Assembly: GCA_000092065.1 (NCBI GenBank)
Contig: CP000601.1
From: Ostreococcus lucimarinus
Lineage: Eukaryota
Length of the DNA stretch: 64,000 bases
Strand: one strand, 5' to 3'
How positions within the stretch are numbered: position 1 is the stretch's first letter; each line of letters begins with the position of its first letter. The notes under the pieces were generated by a model, which searched no databases, was not told the origin of the DNA, and worked only from the letters and a program-made list of their open reading frames with translations. Of the stretch, positions 41,101 through 51,272 are shown piece by piece. The position numbers and the translations under genes were made by a program.

Positions 41101-41276
41101 TTGACGTGTGCGCACAAATGCGCGCGCAAGTGGAACAAAAAAACGAAGGTCGCCTGGCGAAGCCGACGAAGATGAGCCACCACGTGCGCGACGACGGCAA
41201 CATCGCGAGCGAACTCGCCACGGATGGACTGGGGGGCGAACAAAAGACGTCGGCGTGGCGCAAAAACGTCGATTGA
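38181..41276 (+). CDS. Large pentatricopeptide-repeat (PPR) protein
   Basis: ORF 37299..41276. The first 290 codons are Arg-rich and overlap the PKG gene on the other strand, so I treat them as not real. The ATG at 38181 (MAIRRACG) is the first plausible start. From about 38700 there are many PPR hairpins (AYSALVCAAGRCGKARTAREVF, VVYNAYIDVCAHGGDYDGARATLERM, SYNGVISAATRKKHFPGAMWAWEEI, TYNSLIYACADDDVKAMGLYHDM, TYVALIVALSRSK..). Confidence 0.7.
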   Translation: MAIRRACGAPPRATGAARARGTRTMVARRAIVPDRDDGARARDETRGETRAGRGRERGASEGERERERARREYRAYRARRTDVGMDARAGEGTSTSYGTDGADADAEAAARRGHAEALRAGDVDGAVKALATLARRGEGDARMTRAVVSKAMAKSLAKSHKGFMKLCVKTYRMDAALRYARLFDARDRDFARGKDLYCTVIYLCGREEGSNQWNIAREAFELRRDEAGLEPDPYAYSALVCAAGRCGKARTAREVFEEANAVNAVDTVVYNAYIDVCAHGGDYDGARATLERMKTTPNCAPNIRSYNGVISAATRKKHFPGAMWAWEEIETANLQPTMITYGAMLAAGAAADDVDVRWSEDLFAQALESGACGNAGNDHMVTSMLQTYARGVALEQIERDVAMERGESVVQALIEDAQWDERRAESTPNGRVWSALITLCARCGRAARAIEVLKIMISTRSHRVGHEWLHLTYALTSALEASKEGIEYFARVQREIEQSPAMVRDCTGVRNGLIATHLHFGDFKSAFKVYDDFKNDIFKYRKAHEENWNARARRGLERQLPDTITYNSLIYACADDDVKAMGLYHDMVSNGINPTVRTYVALIVALSRSKRGSKVTEAEKIFKAAIDDGVTPNEFLFTALMDAQVKGNRPLSAFETYARMIEADVNCTTVTFGCALQACCYVEDVEESVERAYSVLRDMTERDVQMNDWCSNTFLRVISRAGRIEEMLEEVKKTVRRKGKLEQETLEAIIRALCSAGYVERANRFISMMNSRNLEPREQTFKEFIVASSRDGFVDWAWESYKRFTRLGHKLDAGTRSALVTVLSVASTSPDPDDAELLLARAIGVFEAAFKRADEDNGPQVLDVIDAEARCALIVAMARSEKLDRALDIWRDSPKAQSFSKARKHTSSEGNDYIGDVRAMYECLIEVCCHEDRIDDALEVFDHLKDAGVRVSTVTLAFLESSCRRCRVEEWRMFDVCAQMRAQVEQKNEGRLAKPTKMSHHVRDDGNIASELATDGLGGEQKTSAWRKNVD

Positions 41277-41380
41277 TACACTACATTTACAAGCACCGCA
41301 CGCCGCGCTGCATTTGCTACCACTACTACTGCATTGCTAATTTTTTTCTCTTGTACCAAATACATCGCAAGCACATTTCT

Positions 41381-42283
41381 TTACTCGTACGTCTGCGCGT
41401 ACTTTTCCTGCAAGTAATCGCCGAAGCGAATCGGCGCGTATTTCGCCGCCTCGCCGTCACCCACACACACCGGTTCAATCACGGCGTCGTAACTCGGCTC
41501 GAAGAAAAACGGTATCGAAAACCGTTCGCGCTCGCCCGTCGTCATCACGCGGTGTCGCGTGGAAGCGAACCGTCCGTTGGACCATCTCTCCAGCAAGTCC
41601 CCGACGTTCAACACGAAATGATCCGGAGGCGGCGTCACCGGCACCCACGTCTCTGTCTCTCGGTCGTAAATCTCCAACCCCGTCGAGCCGTCGTTCTCCA
41701 CCGCCAAAATCGTCAAGGCGCCGTAATCCGTGTGCGCGCCGCAGGCGAATTGGCCTTCGCCTTCGTCGCTCCTCGACGCCGAGTACTTTAAAAACCTCAG
41801 CACGCAATTATGCGACGACGCCGACCAATGCGCGTCAAAGTACGCGTCGTTCACGCCGCACGCGCGCGCCAACGCGGGCAACAGCCGTTTCCCGAGCGCG
41901 TACATCGATTCGTAATACGTCGTCGCCGCGTCTTCGAACGCCGCGCTGGGCCATCGATTCTTCGCGCGTTCCCGCACGACGTAAAACCCCTCCTTACTGT
42001 CGCCGACGCTCGAACTCGACGGGTCTAACTTTTCGGACGCGAACGCGGTGTACCCGATCCCCGGCGCGTCGCCCGTCAGCGCGCGCTTCCTCGTCTCGTC
42101 GCTCGAGTCGAAGAACGTCCTGCTCTCCGCGAAACACTTTCGAACGATCTCCGGCTCGGGCAGCGCGCCCTCGTGCGCGACGAACGCGAATCCGCGTCGA
42201 GCGAAATCGTCCGACGCGAACGCGTCCGTCAAACCGCGCGCGGAGCCGTCGCGCGCGAGATTGATGGTTGGAATGCGCGTCAT
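41381..42283 (-). CDS. 2-oxoglutarate/Fe(II)-dependent dioxygenase (DIOX_N plus 2OG-FeII_Oxy)
   Basis: Facial-triad and 2OG-binding pattern: GAHTDYGALTIL (HxD) ... RHRV (His then RxS-like). The N-terminal IPTINLA...FFDSSDETRKRA is typical of the non-haem dioxygenase N-domain. Confidence 0.8.
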   Translation of the reverse strand: MTRIPTINLARDGSARGLTDAFASDDFARRGFAFVAHEGALPEPEIVRKCFAESRTFFDSSDETRKRALTGDAPGIGYTAFASEKLDPSSSSVGDSKEGFYVVRERAKNRWPSAAFEDAATTYYESMYALGKRLLPALARACGVNDAYFDAHWSASSHNCVLRFLKYSASRSDEGEGQFACGAHTDYGALTILAVENDGSTGLEIYDRETETWVPVTPPPDHFVLNVGDLLERWSNGRFASTRHRVMTTGERERFSIPFFFEPSYDAVIEPVCVGDGEAAKYAPIRFGDYLQEKYAQTYE

Positions 42284-42339
42284 GAAGTGTCGTCACGTCG
42301 CGCGTCGCGTCGCCGCACACGCGCGCGCGGTCGCGGTCG

Positions 42340-44112
42340 ATGCGACGCGCGACGTCGCGCGCGGACGTCATGCGCAAGGCGTCGTCCGCGACGAGCGATC
42401 TCGCGATCGACGCGCTCGACGCGAGCCCGCAAAAGGCGTCGCACGCGCGCGGGTCATCTTTATCCTCCACGGGCAGTCTCTCGTCGAACGCGTCGGCGCC
42501 GGGCGCGTCGGCGCGGCGCGGTCGCCACCGCTTCCACCGGCCGTCGATGTTCTTCGCGCTGTGCGCGCTGGTGACGACGACGCTGGCGACGCTGACGCAC
42601 GAGGGGCGATCGGCGACGTGCGCGCGAACGCCGACGCACGTCGTCTTCGTCGACGCCGGGAGCACGGGGTGCCGCGCGCACGCGTTCGCGATAGAAAACG
42701 CGAGGAAAGCGAAAGGGAGAGGATCGTTGTTCGAGATGCGCACGCTCGGGACGAAGGAGAAGACGAGACTGCCGTTGGCGGAGATGGGAGGACGGGTGCG
42801 CGAGGAGTTGATGCCGGCGGTGCGCGCGGCGTTGGCGAAGATCCCGGATCGCGTCGAGCGCGCGCGAACGCCCGTGTACGTGTGGGCCACGGCTGGATTT
42901 CGCGTGTTGACGCCGGCGAAGCAACAAGCGCTGTGGCGCGAGGTGAGGGAGGCGGTGGAGGCTGAGACGGGGACGCGGCACGGGTACGGACATTTTCGAA
43001 CCGTCGACGGCGCCGAGGAAGGATTTTACGCGTGGCTGGCGGCGAATTACTTGTCAGACGTCGACGTCACCGCGGTCGGGCGATTAAACGACGCGAACAC
43101 GCCGGCGCCGGCGTTCGCGCGCGTTTCTGAGGACGATAATCCTTTGCTCAAGTCTGTCGGCGCGATTGACGTCGGCGGCGGGAGCGTGCAGTACGTGGCG
43201 CTGCCAAGGGAAGGCAAAGGCGCGTTCGTGAAGTCCATGCTCGAGTTGAGGAATGCGGTGAAAGTGGAGTCGTTTTTGGGGTACGGGGCGAACCACATGG
43301 AGACGAGATGGCGCGGCGCGCTGGCGGCGGCGAAGACGACGCGAAACGCGTGCGCGTTTCCGGGGCACGTCGTCACCGTGGACGGCGTGGAATTGACCGG
43401 AACCGGCGAATACCGCCAGTGCGTCGTGGGATTACGCAAACAAATCGCATCGATGCAGCGCGAACAAAAAGTGACGCTGCGCATGCCCGACGATTTCAAA
43501 CGCGTAGAGCGGTTTCTTGGCATGTCGCTGCTGTTTCATCTCACAAATTTCATCACCGTCGCCCTTCCGGGCGCGCTGCCATCCATGCCCAAGGCCACGC
43601 TTGCGGAAATTGCGACCGCCGGAGAAAAGCTGTGCGCCATCGAGTGGGCGAAGCTCGTGAAGGATGTCGATGGGAAGGATCCCAACACTCCCGCGGATCG
43701 CCTCAACGGACGTTGCTTCGACGCCGCGCTCGTGCAGGCGCTCCTCGGCGTAGACTTCGCGGAAGACGACATCGCCGCCGGCGAAGTCGGTCTCGGATTT
43801 TCACAAAACGACGAGCGTTTGAATTTCATCGAGCGCATCGACGACGCGGAGGTGGAGTGGACGCTCGGAGCGGCGATGAGCGTCGTGCACCCGACGGCGG
43901 CGCGCTCGAACTCGGCGTGGGCGAAGACGCGCGTACCGACGGAGTGCGCGCGCGTGCTTCACACGTCCTTTTTGAACGCTCTTTACGAGTGGGGCGTCAT
44001 CATCATGCCCGCGGCGCTCGTCGCTACCGGGTATTTATTGTACAAGACGCTCAGGATGACGGCGAACGTCGCCACGATGGCGCGTTCGCCCTCGTACCTC
44101 GAGGTACTCTAG
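42340..44112 (+). CDS. GDA1/CD39-family nucleoside tri/diphosphatase (apyrase) with N- and C-terminal membrane anchors
   Basis: Apyrase conserved regions: HVVFVDAGSTGCRAHAF (ACR1), PVYVWATAGFRVL (ACR4-like), DGAEEGFYAWLAANYL. Hydrophobic stretches near both ends (MFFALCALVTTTLATL; VIIMPAALVATGYLLY). Confidence 0.8.
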   Translation: MRRATSRADVMRKASSATSDLAIDALDASPQKASHARGSSLSSTGSLSSNASAPGASARRGRHRFHRPSMFFALCALVTTTLATLTHEGRSATCARTPTHVVFVDAGSTGCRAHAFAIENARKAKGRGSLFEMRTLGTKEKTRLPLAEMGGRVREELMPAVRAALAKIPDRVERARTPVYVWATAGFRVLTPAKQQALWREVREAVEAETGTRHGYGHFRTVDGAEEGFYAWLAANYLSDVDVTAVGRLNDANTPAPAFARVSEDDNPLLKSVGAIDVGGGSVQYVALPREGKGAFVKSMLELRNAVKVESFLGYGANHMETRWRGALAAAKTTRNACAFPGHVVTVDGVELTGTGEYRQCVVGLRKQIASMQREQKVTLRMPDDFKRVERFLGMSLLFHLTNFITVALPGALPSMPKATLAEIATAGEKLCAIEWAKLVKDVDGKDPNTPADRLNGRCFDAALVQALLGVDFAEDDIAAGEVGLGFSQNDERLNFIERIDDAEVEWTLGAAMSVVHPTAARSNSAWAKTRVPTECARVLHTSFLNALYEWGVIIMPAALVATGYLLYKTLRMTANVATMARSPSYLEVL

Positions 44113-44130
44113 CTAGCTAAATCGTTGAAA

Positions 44131-44790
44131 TTAGTCGGCGCGCGGTCGCGGTCGCCAGCACTCGAGCAGCTCGAATTCCTCGTTCGACGCCGGATAATCG
44201 GGATGCGCCTCGGACGCCGGCACGCGCGTGACCTCGAAACCGTTCGCCTCGATGATCGACGCGAACAACTCGACGCTCTCCGGTCGATGCTCTTTACACG
44301 CCGCGAACACCGCCGCGCGACCCGGCCCCACCAACGCCATCGTCGTCGCCGCCAGCGCGCGAATCACGCCTTCGTCCGAGGTATACATCAAATCCGCTCC
44401 CAGCACCACGTCCGGCCGCCGAATCGCCTCCGGCAACCGCTCCACGTCCTCCGCGCGTCCCCACCGCAGCGTCGTCGTCGCCATCGCCACGCTCGCCGGT
44501 ATCCGCCCTCCGCTTTCCGCCTTATTCGCCCGCGCGTTCATCCGCGTCAGCGGCACGACCCGCTTTAAATCCGTCATCGCGCACACCATCCCCGCCTCTC
44601 CCTCCGCGCTTCCCCGCGCCGCCGCGACGAGCAGCGTCGCCAGTCCCGTGCCCGCGCCCAGCTCGAGCGTCGTCGGCCCGCGCGCGTCCTCGCGCGCCTT
44701 CTTCGTCAACCGCCGCCACGTCCTCTCCCGTCCGACGTACTTTCCCAGCAGCACGCTCGCGTCCCACACCGTGAATCCCGTCGCCGGCAC

Positions 44791-44825
<35 letters not shown>

Positions 44826-44976
44826 GCGTCGTCGTCCCGGTCGTCCCGGTCGTCCCGGTCGCCTTGACGAACGCCTCGCTCGACGCGTACTGCCGCACGA
44901 CGACGCCGTCGACGTCGCACGCGTCGACGAATTTCTCGCGAAAGCTCAGGCGGTTCCGGCGCCACGTCGACGCCAT
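44131..44976 (-). CDS. Protein-lysine methyltransferase, Methyltransf_16 (METTL21/FAM86-like) class
   Basis: TVWDASVLLGKYV...LELGAGTGLATLLVAA...VVLGADLMY is the Methyltransf_16 pattern. The N-terminus carries a (TG)3TTT plus D10 run encoded by (GTCGTCCCG)3 and (GTC)n on the + strand. Confidence 0.75.
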
Positions 44977-45197
44977 CGCGCGGCGCGGTGCGCGGCGCGG
45001 TGCGTCCGCGCCGTCGCGCGTCCGACCGACCGACCGTTCGTCGGTAGTTAGACTGTATGCACATACGAGACATATATAATCACGTAAAGCCCTATATGTA
45101 CGAACCGACGGCGCGGCGACGCCGCCGACGGCGCGCGAGACCGCGTCGCGCGTCGCCGCGCGCCCGCGCGCGCGCGAGACGCCGCGCGCGCGTCGGC

Positions 45198-48100
45198 ATG
45201 TCGCGCGCGACGCGCCTGCGCGCGACGCTGTTCGCCGACGGCGCGAGCGACGCCGAACGACTCGCCGCGGCGCGCGCCGCGCTCGACGACGACGACGACG
45301 ACGACGCGCGCGCGGTCGTCCTCGCGTGGACGCGCGCGCGACTGCGACGCGCGGGACGACGCGACGACGCGTCGACGACGCGCGAGCGCCGAGGCGACGA
45401 CGCGACGCGGGACGGGACGCGGGACGAGGAGACGCTGTGGCGGTGCTTCGCGGACGCGAGCGAAAGGGCGACGCGATCGGGACGCGCGATGACGACGGAC
45501 GCGAGCGCGGGGCGAAGGGAGGTGATGCGCGCGCTGCGACGGGCGGCGGCGTCGAGGGCGCGAGCGGTCGATGGGGAGACGCTGCGACGGGCGTTCGACG
45601 CGTTGACGCGCGACGACGGCGAGCGACGCGGCGCGAGGGCGTCGTGCGAAGAGTGCGTCGAGGTGGCGAAGAGCGCGATGTGGGACGAGGGGAATGCGGC
45701 GCTGATGAGCGCGGCGCTCGCGGCGGCGGCGGCGGCGGCGAACGCGCAGCCGAATAAGCCCGCGCCGGCGTGCGTGGATTTTGAGTTTTTGTGGAGCGTC
45801 GTCGAGACGTGGTCGCGAGCGGGCGAGGGGGACGCGCGGAGAGGTGCGAAGGAGGCGTGCGACGCGACGATGCGGGCGTTCGTGTTGCACCCGATGTACG
45901 CTCGCGCGATTCCGAATTTAGTCGCCGACGCGGCGAGCGCGAAGAAGCAGAAAACGATAGCCTCGACGGACGACGCTCGCGGCGCCGGCGGCGCGCGTTC
46001 GTCCGCGCCCGGGTTCATTTGCGACACCATCGCACGCGTCGCGCGAGCGGCGGAAAGCATGGACGTGGACGCGTTGCGCTTGGCGCCTTGGGTCTTGCGA
46101 GCGACGTGCGAGCAAGACGCAAACGAGCGTAAACCCACGGCGAGCAGTTCGGCGAACAAGTCGAGTGAATCGGTGTCAAAAGACGCGCGCGCGCTCTTCG
46201 TCGAGCTCTTTGAACCGATCGCCGCCGCTTTCGTTGCGGTACCGACGGGCGGGAAGGGTGAGCGACGCGTCGACGAAGACGCCGCCTCCGCGCTCGTCGA
46301 TGCGCTCGTCGGATTACTCGACATTGCCGTCGATTTCACGATTTACTCGCCTCTGGAAGACGAAGGTCGCGTCGAAAGCGCGCTGCAGGCGTTCGTGACC
46401 AGCATCGCAACGGTCGTAAAGACGAATGAGGTGCGCGATCGAGGTTGGTCCAGAGTCATCGGCGCGTTGTCAACGTTGGATTTGCGATTAGTCGAGCCGC
46501 ACGTCAAGGTGATGTTGACGCTCTTACTCGTGAAATCGCGCGACGCCCGTGAAGAGTGCGTCGCGGTGACGCAAACGATGATAAAAGCGTTCGCCGAGAT
46601 GCGTCAGCTACCAGAGTTCATGGAATCTGTAGGTGAAGTCGTCATAGAGGCGATGGCAAACGGCGAAAAAGTCAACGACGCGCTGGCTTCGGAAGAAGTC
46701 CTCGTCGCGTTTCAAGACGCCGCCAAGACCGTCCCGCTCAGGCAAACGCCTGATCTCATGGTGATATGTCGCAAGGCATTCATCACCGCCTACGACGGCG
46801 ACGAGAAGCCCAGCGGTGCGCGAGCGCCGTACGATTCTTTGGACAAGCTCGCGCGAGTGCTGCAAAGCGCGCTCGGGACGTGTCCGATTGACGCGGGCGA
46901 ACCACTGCTGCCAGAAGCGCAAGCGTGCCTCGAAGGGTTTTCGGAAGATATCGCGCAGCGTTTGCACTCCCACGTCGAGAGCTCACCTGCCCGCACAGGT
47001 GCCTTACTCCGAGCGTACGTGCCCGTAGCATCACTCCGCCAAGGCTTGAGCGAGGTCGCGGATGCGACGGCGCGAGATTCTTATTTTCGTTCCGAGAGCG
47101 TCGACTTGTCCGCCATCGTACGACATCTCGTTCGTGATAGTCCACGTGCGAACCAAGAGCACGAAAACGCCGAGTCGGCGGCGATTGGATGCGCCATACA
47201 GCGAGTGAATAATTTGTCGCGGCTGCGGTATCCGCGCGAAGACGTGAGTCCAGAGGAATCCGCTAAGGCTGGGTCGGAGATCAAATCTCTGTTATCTGCG
47301 TGCTTAAAGCTGGTTCCGGATACTTTGACGACTTCATACGATGCGCCCGACTCCAAAACGGAAGCGTGGAAGGTGTTGACTTCCACGATCGACCTCTGGT
47401 ACGAACAAGCGACGGATGCTAGAATCTTAGACTATTATCGATGCCGCCTCGAGACGGACATCGAAGGCGAAGGCGCGCTTTCGACAGAAGAGGAAGATAA
47501 GTTTAGCGAACTCGTGGCGACGTTTAAACCATGGGTCAGGGCGATTGCGAGCGTTATCACGCGTGGTGCGGTAGATTTAACGCGGGAGTTGAAGGAGTCG
47601 CTGAGCAGAGATGACGATTCCAGCGCGGCGGGAAGATGCGACGTTTTAGAAGACATCATCGCAGATTGCGTGGAGAATAAACGGCAAGGCGAGGCGGCAT
47701 GCGATAAAATAAAAGACTTTTGGATCGGACCGGCGAGCACGCCCATCACCGATGGATTTGGAAAGAACTGCACGAGAGAAGATTCGGCGGCGCTGAAGCG
47801 AATGCGAAGAGCCGTGGATGCGGCTGAGCGCTTGCACTACCGTGCGGTATCGGAAACCGACGTCCACGAACTATCTATCGCGTTACAAATAGGCGATTGC
47901 GCGATGTTCAACGCCGCATCGCTCGGCATGTCATCCGCCATGGATTTGTGCACTCGCGTGCGCTCGCGCTCGGCGTTTTTAGCCACGCACGACGAAGATT
48001 CGGCGATGATTGTATCTGGGTTGATCACACGAGGAGGGCATTACTTGAACGTCACCAACCTGGCGCTTCGCAACATGCTCGACGTAGAACTCGCGTCAAG

Positions 48101-49796
48101 GCTCATCGAGTCGACGACTAGTGCGTTCCAGGCGAGCTTGGTCGGAAGCGCGTTGAAGGTAAAAGCTGCGGTGTATACGAACGCGGCGACGAACGTGGCG
48201 CGTCTTTTAGACGACCGATTTATAAACGAAGACTCCATCGAGCGCAACGTCGCAAACGTCGGAGGTGCGTTCGCTCTATCGCTGGTAGAGTCCCTATTCG
48301 CGGCGGCGAACGTGGTGCACACGGAGCCCGAGCGGGAGAAGTACGGCTGGGTCGACGGTAATCCAGATTTGGACGAGGAAGACGAGCTCACGGACGAGCA
48401 AGGCGACGCCATAGCGCAATTTTGGGACGCACCTGCGGTGATGCAAGTTCGTGCGCGTATTGAGTCTATGATTCTCGACATGAAAAATGGTCTTGAGAAC
48501 GGTGAGTTCAAGCCCGTCGCAGAGTCTGTCGAAGTCGTCGCCTCGTGCGTCTCCGCCGCTGGGTTCATTCTCGCGGTGTCGGCGACGACACTGGATTACA
48601 GCGAGGCGTTCCATCGCACGTGCGACGCAGATTTTGTCCAAAACGCGATCGCGGTTGCGATTAAAGTCTTGTTGGACACGTCTAACGAACTATCTTCACG
48701 CGGGACGTCGCGACTGGTCAACTTTATCGGTGCGGCGTGCGACGCGTTGAAGCAGACAGGACCACAGCTCACGTCCGAGGCGCACGCCTCGCTCGTAGCT
48801 GTCCTTATGTTCACGTACACGCGCGGAACGCGCGCTTTAGTGGATCGTGACGGCGCGAAAAGCGCGACGCCAGCGGCAGATTTGCACGAATCGCTCAGTT
48901 TGACGATGTCGGAGCTCGTCTACGGCGCAGGCAAACGTCCCTTGACTGCGATGTACGACGCGTGCGTCGACGCATTCAAGACGACAGACGCAGAATCGCG
49001 AAGGGCGTATTTATCGTCCGATCGCTTGGATGTTTCCCTGGCGGCACCCATGTGGTGCTTGATGAATCTCGTCAAGTCGTTTCATTTGGGCAAGGCGATT
49101 CGCACGGCGGCGCAGGAAAATGTTGAGACCGTGATGGATGCGTGCATGCGAGCGATGACCGTCGCCATTAGGGTGCCGAACGCCAACGCCGTGGTACATA
49201 AGCTCCTCGAAATCACCACCGAGTTCGCCAGACTCGGTCCTCGATGCGAGATAAGCACAAGATGCGTGTCGCGCATGTGTCAGCTTCCGAGCGTCGCGTG
49301 CGCGTCGGACGCCGTATTCGACGACGGCGACGCGATGACAAAGATTTTCTGCCAAGCGTGCGAACTCATCGGCGTGCTGTTGAAGTCTCGAAAAGATCAC
49401 CTGCGTCGCGCGGTATCGGGTATCACCGTGGCGTGTTCAGATCTCCTCGCCGCGTTGCGACGATTTAAAGCCTCGGGCGCGAGCGCCGCCGTCATGGAAA
49501 GCTGCGCCGGTAAGCTCTCCTTCGTGTACGAATCCGCCGAGGCCAGCGGTCTGGACCGTTATTGCACCCACTTACTCGCCGACGCCATCACCGCCATCAC
49601 CGGCGGCGGCATCGGCGTCGTCGCCGAATCCGCGCTCAAGCCCGGTCTCTTCGCCCTGCTCGACTCGAGCGGCGACCGCGAGCTTCAGCAGCTTCACGCC
49701 GCGCTCGGCGCCGGCGCGGGCGGCGCGCGCCGCGTCGTCTTCGCCGCCCTTCGCGAGGAGCACAAGCACACCCACAAGTTCACCGGTCGCGTGTAA
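45198..49796 (+). CDS. Giant alpha-helical protein, probable URB2/NPA2-like nucleolar ribosome-biogenesis factor
   Basis: ORF 45057..49796, with the first convincing ATG at about 45198 (MSRATRLRATLF) after a poly-Arg stretch. It is largely helical and non-repetitive. The C-terminal LFALLDSSGDRELQQLHAALGAGAGGARRVVFAALREEHKHTHKFTGRV resembles the Urb2/Npa2 C-terminal family signature. That assignment is from memory, not a search. Confidence 0.4.
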   Translation: MSRATRLRATLFADGASDAERLAAARAALDDDDDDDARAVVLAWTRARLRRAGRRDDASTTRERRGDDATRDGTRDEETLWRCFADASERATRSGRAMTTDASAGRREVMRALRRAAASRARAVDGETLRRAFDALTRDDGERRGARASCEECVEVAKSAMWDEGNAALMSAALAAAAAAANAQPNKPAPACVDFEFLWSVVETWSRAGEGDARRGAKEACDATMRAFVLHPMYARAIPNLVADAASAKKQKTIASTDDARGAGGARSSAPGFICDTIARVARAAESMDVDALRLAPWVLRATCEQDANERKPTASSSANKSSESVSKDARALFVELFEPIAAAFVAVPTGGKGERRVDEDAASALVDALVGLLDIAVDFTIYSPLEDEGRVESALQAFVTSIATVVKTNEVRDRGWSRVIGALSTLDLRLVEPHVKVMLTLLLVKSRDAREECVAVTQTMIKAFAEMRQLPEFMESVGEVVIEAMANGEKVNDALASEEVLVAFQDAAKTVPLRQTPDLMVICRKAFITAYDGDEKPSGARAPYDSLDKLARVLQSALGTCPIDAGEPLLPEAQACLEGFSEDIAQRLHSHVESSPARTGALLRAYVPVASLRQGLSEVADATARDSYFRSESVDLSAIVRHLVRDSPRANQEHENAESAAIGCAIQRVNNLSRLRYPREDVSPEESAKAGSEIKSLLSACLKLVPDTLTTSYDAPDSKTEAWKVLTSTIDLWYEQATDARILDYYRCRLETDIEGEGALSTEEEDKFSELVATFKPWVRAIASVITRGAVDLTRELKESLSRDDDSSAAGRCDVLEDIIADCVENKRQGEAACDKIKDFWIGPASTPITDGFGKNCTREDSAALKRMRRAVDAAERLHYRAVSETDVHELSIALQIGDCAMFNAASLGMSSAMDLCTRVRSRSAFLATHDEDSAMIVSGLITRGGHYLNVTNLALRNMLDVELASRLIESTTSAFQASLVGSALKVKAAVYTNAATNVARLLDDRFINEDSIERNVANVGGAFALSLVESLFAAANVVHTEPEREKYGWVDGNPDLDEEDELTDEQGDAIAQFWDAPAVMQVRARIESMILDMKNGLENGEFKPVAESVEVVASCVSAAGFILAVSATTLDYSEAFHRTCDADFVQNAIAVAIKVLLDTSNELSSRGTSRLVNFIGAACDALKQTGPQLTSEAHASLVAVLMFTYTRGTRALVDRDGAKSATPAADLHESLSLTMSELVYGAGKRPLTAMYDACVDAFKTTDAESRRAYLSSDRLDVSLAAPMWCLMNLVKSFHLGKAIRTAAQENVETVMDACMRAMTVAIRVPNANAVVHKLLEITTEFARLGPRCEISTRCVSRMCQLPSVACASDAVFDDGDAMTKIFCQACELIGVLLKSRKDHLRRAVSGITVACSDLLAALRRFKASGASAAVMESCAGKLSFVYESAEASGLDRYCTHLLADAITAITGGGIGVVAESALKPGLFALLDSSGDRELQQLHAALGAGAGGARRVVFAALREEHKHTHKFTGRV

Positions 49797-49904
49797 TCGT
49801 ACAACATTTCGTCTTCGCGTCTTCGCGTCTTCGCCGCCGCCGCTCGCGCCGAGGCGACCGATCGCGTTCGCGTCCACCGTCGCCACTCGTCCGCGCGCGT
49901 CGTC

Positions 49905-51272
49905 ATGAGCGAGCGCGATTCCCTGATACCGGACGTCGATGACGTCGAGCGCGCGTCGCGTCGCGCGTCCTCGTCCTCGCGCGCCGCGTCGCGCGCCGTC
50001 GCGGGCTCGAGCGCCGAGGGTGTTGGGCGACACGTCGTGTTCAACATGCGCGTCGCGAGCGCGCTGTTCTTCGCGGGAACCACGCTGCTCGCGATGGGCG
50101 CGATCGTGGGACGCTCCGCGGACGCCGCGCGGGCGTCGGCGCTCGGCGAAGGGGCGGGAGGGACGTGCGCGTTGTCGCCGACGGGCGCGGGGGCGAACGC
50201 GGCGGCGAACACGTGCGCGGCGCGATACATGGATGAGCTCGGATTGTGGGACGCGGCGGACGCGGGCGATAACGTCGAGTTCGAGACGAAGGTGTACGAG
50301 TGCATGAACGAACCGACGGGCGCGCCGGTCGTGGTGCCGCAGGATGGGGTGGCGAAACCGTTCGCGACGAAGCCGGGTTCGGCGTACGCGTGGATCTTCG
50401 TGCACATTCCCAAAGCCGCGGGGTCGGTTTTCATCGAGATGTTGAAGCAGAATAAGAACCACGAGACGGTCGTGCTTCACGAGCCCGCGCACCCGGACTT
50501 TCTCGTGAATCCGTGGAGGCCGTTGAATTCGTTGCAGGCGCGGCACGTTCCGACGATGTTGAGGACGTTTAAACAAAACCGCGAGTCGAAATCGGGTACG
50601 TTTTCAAAGGAATTTATGCACGCCGACTACGACGAAGGCAGACGGATGTACTTCACCGGTGCGACGGGCATCGGGATGTGCGGAACGGTCGACGCGCCGT
50701 GCGCGTACATCACGGTCCTTCGCGAGCCGATGTCTCGCCTGTGGAGCGAGTACACGTATTTGTGTCTCGAGGCGAACGAGGGCCACTTGTCGTGGACTGC
50801 GGAAGAGATCGCAGCGGACAATCACCAGGGATGCCCATTGAATCCCTTGGAGTGGTACAACCAGAAGCGCAGCACGGCGGCGCAGCTCACGGGCTTACTC
50901 GGCGCGCGCGGCGGTCACACGCCCTGCGGCGCCGAAGCCGCCAAGGCGAATTTGGCCTCGTCGTGCGTGCGCTACATTTTCCAAGACGACATCGAAAACG
51001 GTATGAAGCGCATTCGAGAAAAGCTACCGGACCTCGCGCATCTCGGCGACGACGGCGGGAACAAGCAGTACATCAGCGGCGCTCTTCTCGAGCATCACAA
51101 CGGCAGCGCCGAAAAGCTCGCCCCCGCGCTCGCCGCGCGTCTCGACGCGTACAAAGCCGACCCCACCATCGTCGCGGGATTGCGCGCGCTCGTCGAGCAC
51201 GACATCAGCGTCTACGAATTCGCCAAGGCCAAGTACGACGAGCACTGGAGCGCCCCGCTCGTCTCTTGCTAG
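49905..51272 (+). CDS. Type-II membrane carbohydrate sulfotransferase (Sulfotransfer_2-like, Golgi type)
   Basis: N-terminal signal anchor (ALFFAGTTLLAMGAIVG). 5'-PSB motif WIFVHIPKAAGS, then RxxS-type 3'-PB-like residues (YITVLREPMSRLWSEY). Confidence 0.7.
   Translation: MSERDSLIPDVDDVERASRRASSSSRAASRAVAGSSAEGVGRHVVFNMRVASALFFAGTTLLAMGAIVGRSADAARASALGEGAGGTCALSPTGAGANAAANTCAARYMDELGLWDAADAGDNVEFETKVYECMNEPTGAPVVVPQDGVAKPFATKPGSAYAWIFVHIPKAAGSVFIEMLKQNKNHETVVLHEPAHPDFLVNPWRPLNSLQARHVPTMLRTFKQNRESKSGTFSKEFMHADYDEGRRMYFTGATGIGMCGTVDAPCAYITVLREPMSRLWSEYTYLCLEANEGHLSWTAEEIAADNHQGCPLNPLEWYNQKRSTAAQLTGLLGARGGHTPCGAEAAKANLASSCVRYIFQDDIENGMKRIREKLPDLAHLGDDGGNKQYISGALLEHHNGSAEKLAPALAARLDAYKADPTIVAGLRALVEHDISVYEFAKAKYDEHWSAPLVSC

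Noticed and set aside
42048-42993. ORFs 41994..42890 -, 42048..42965 +, 42173..42574 + and 42460..42993 - around the oxygenase/apyrase junction
   Set aside because: They are out-of-frame or antisense to the two well-supported genes and read as poly-Arg/Ala junk.
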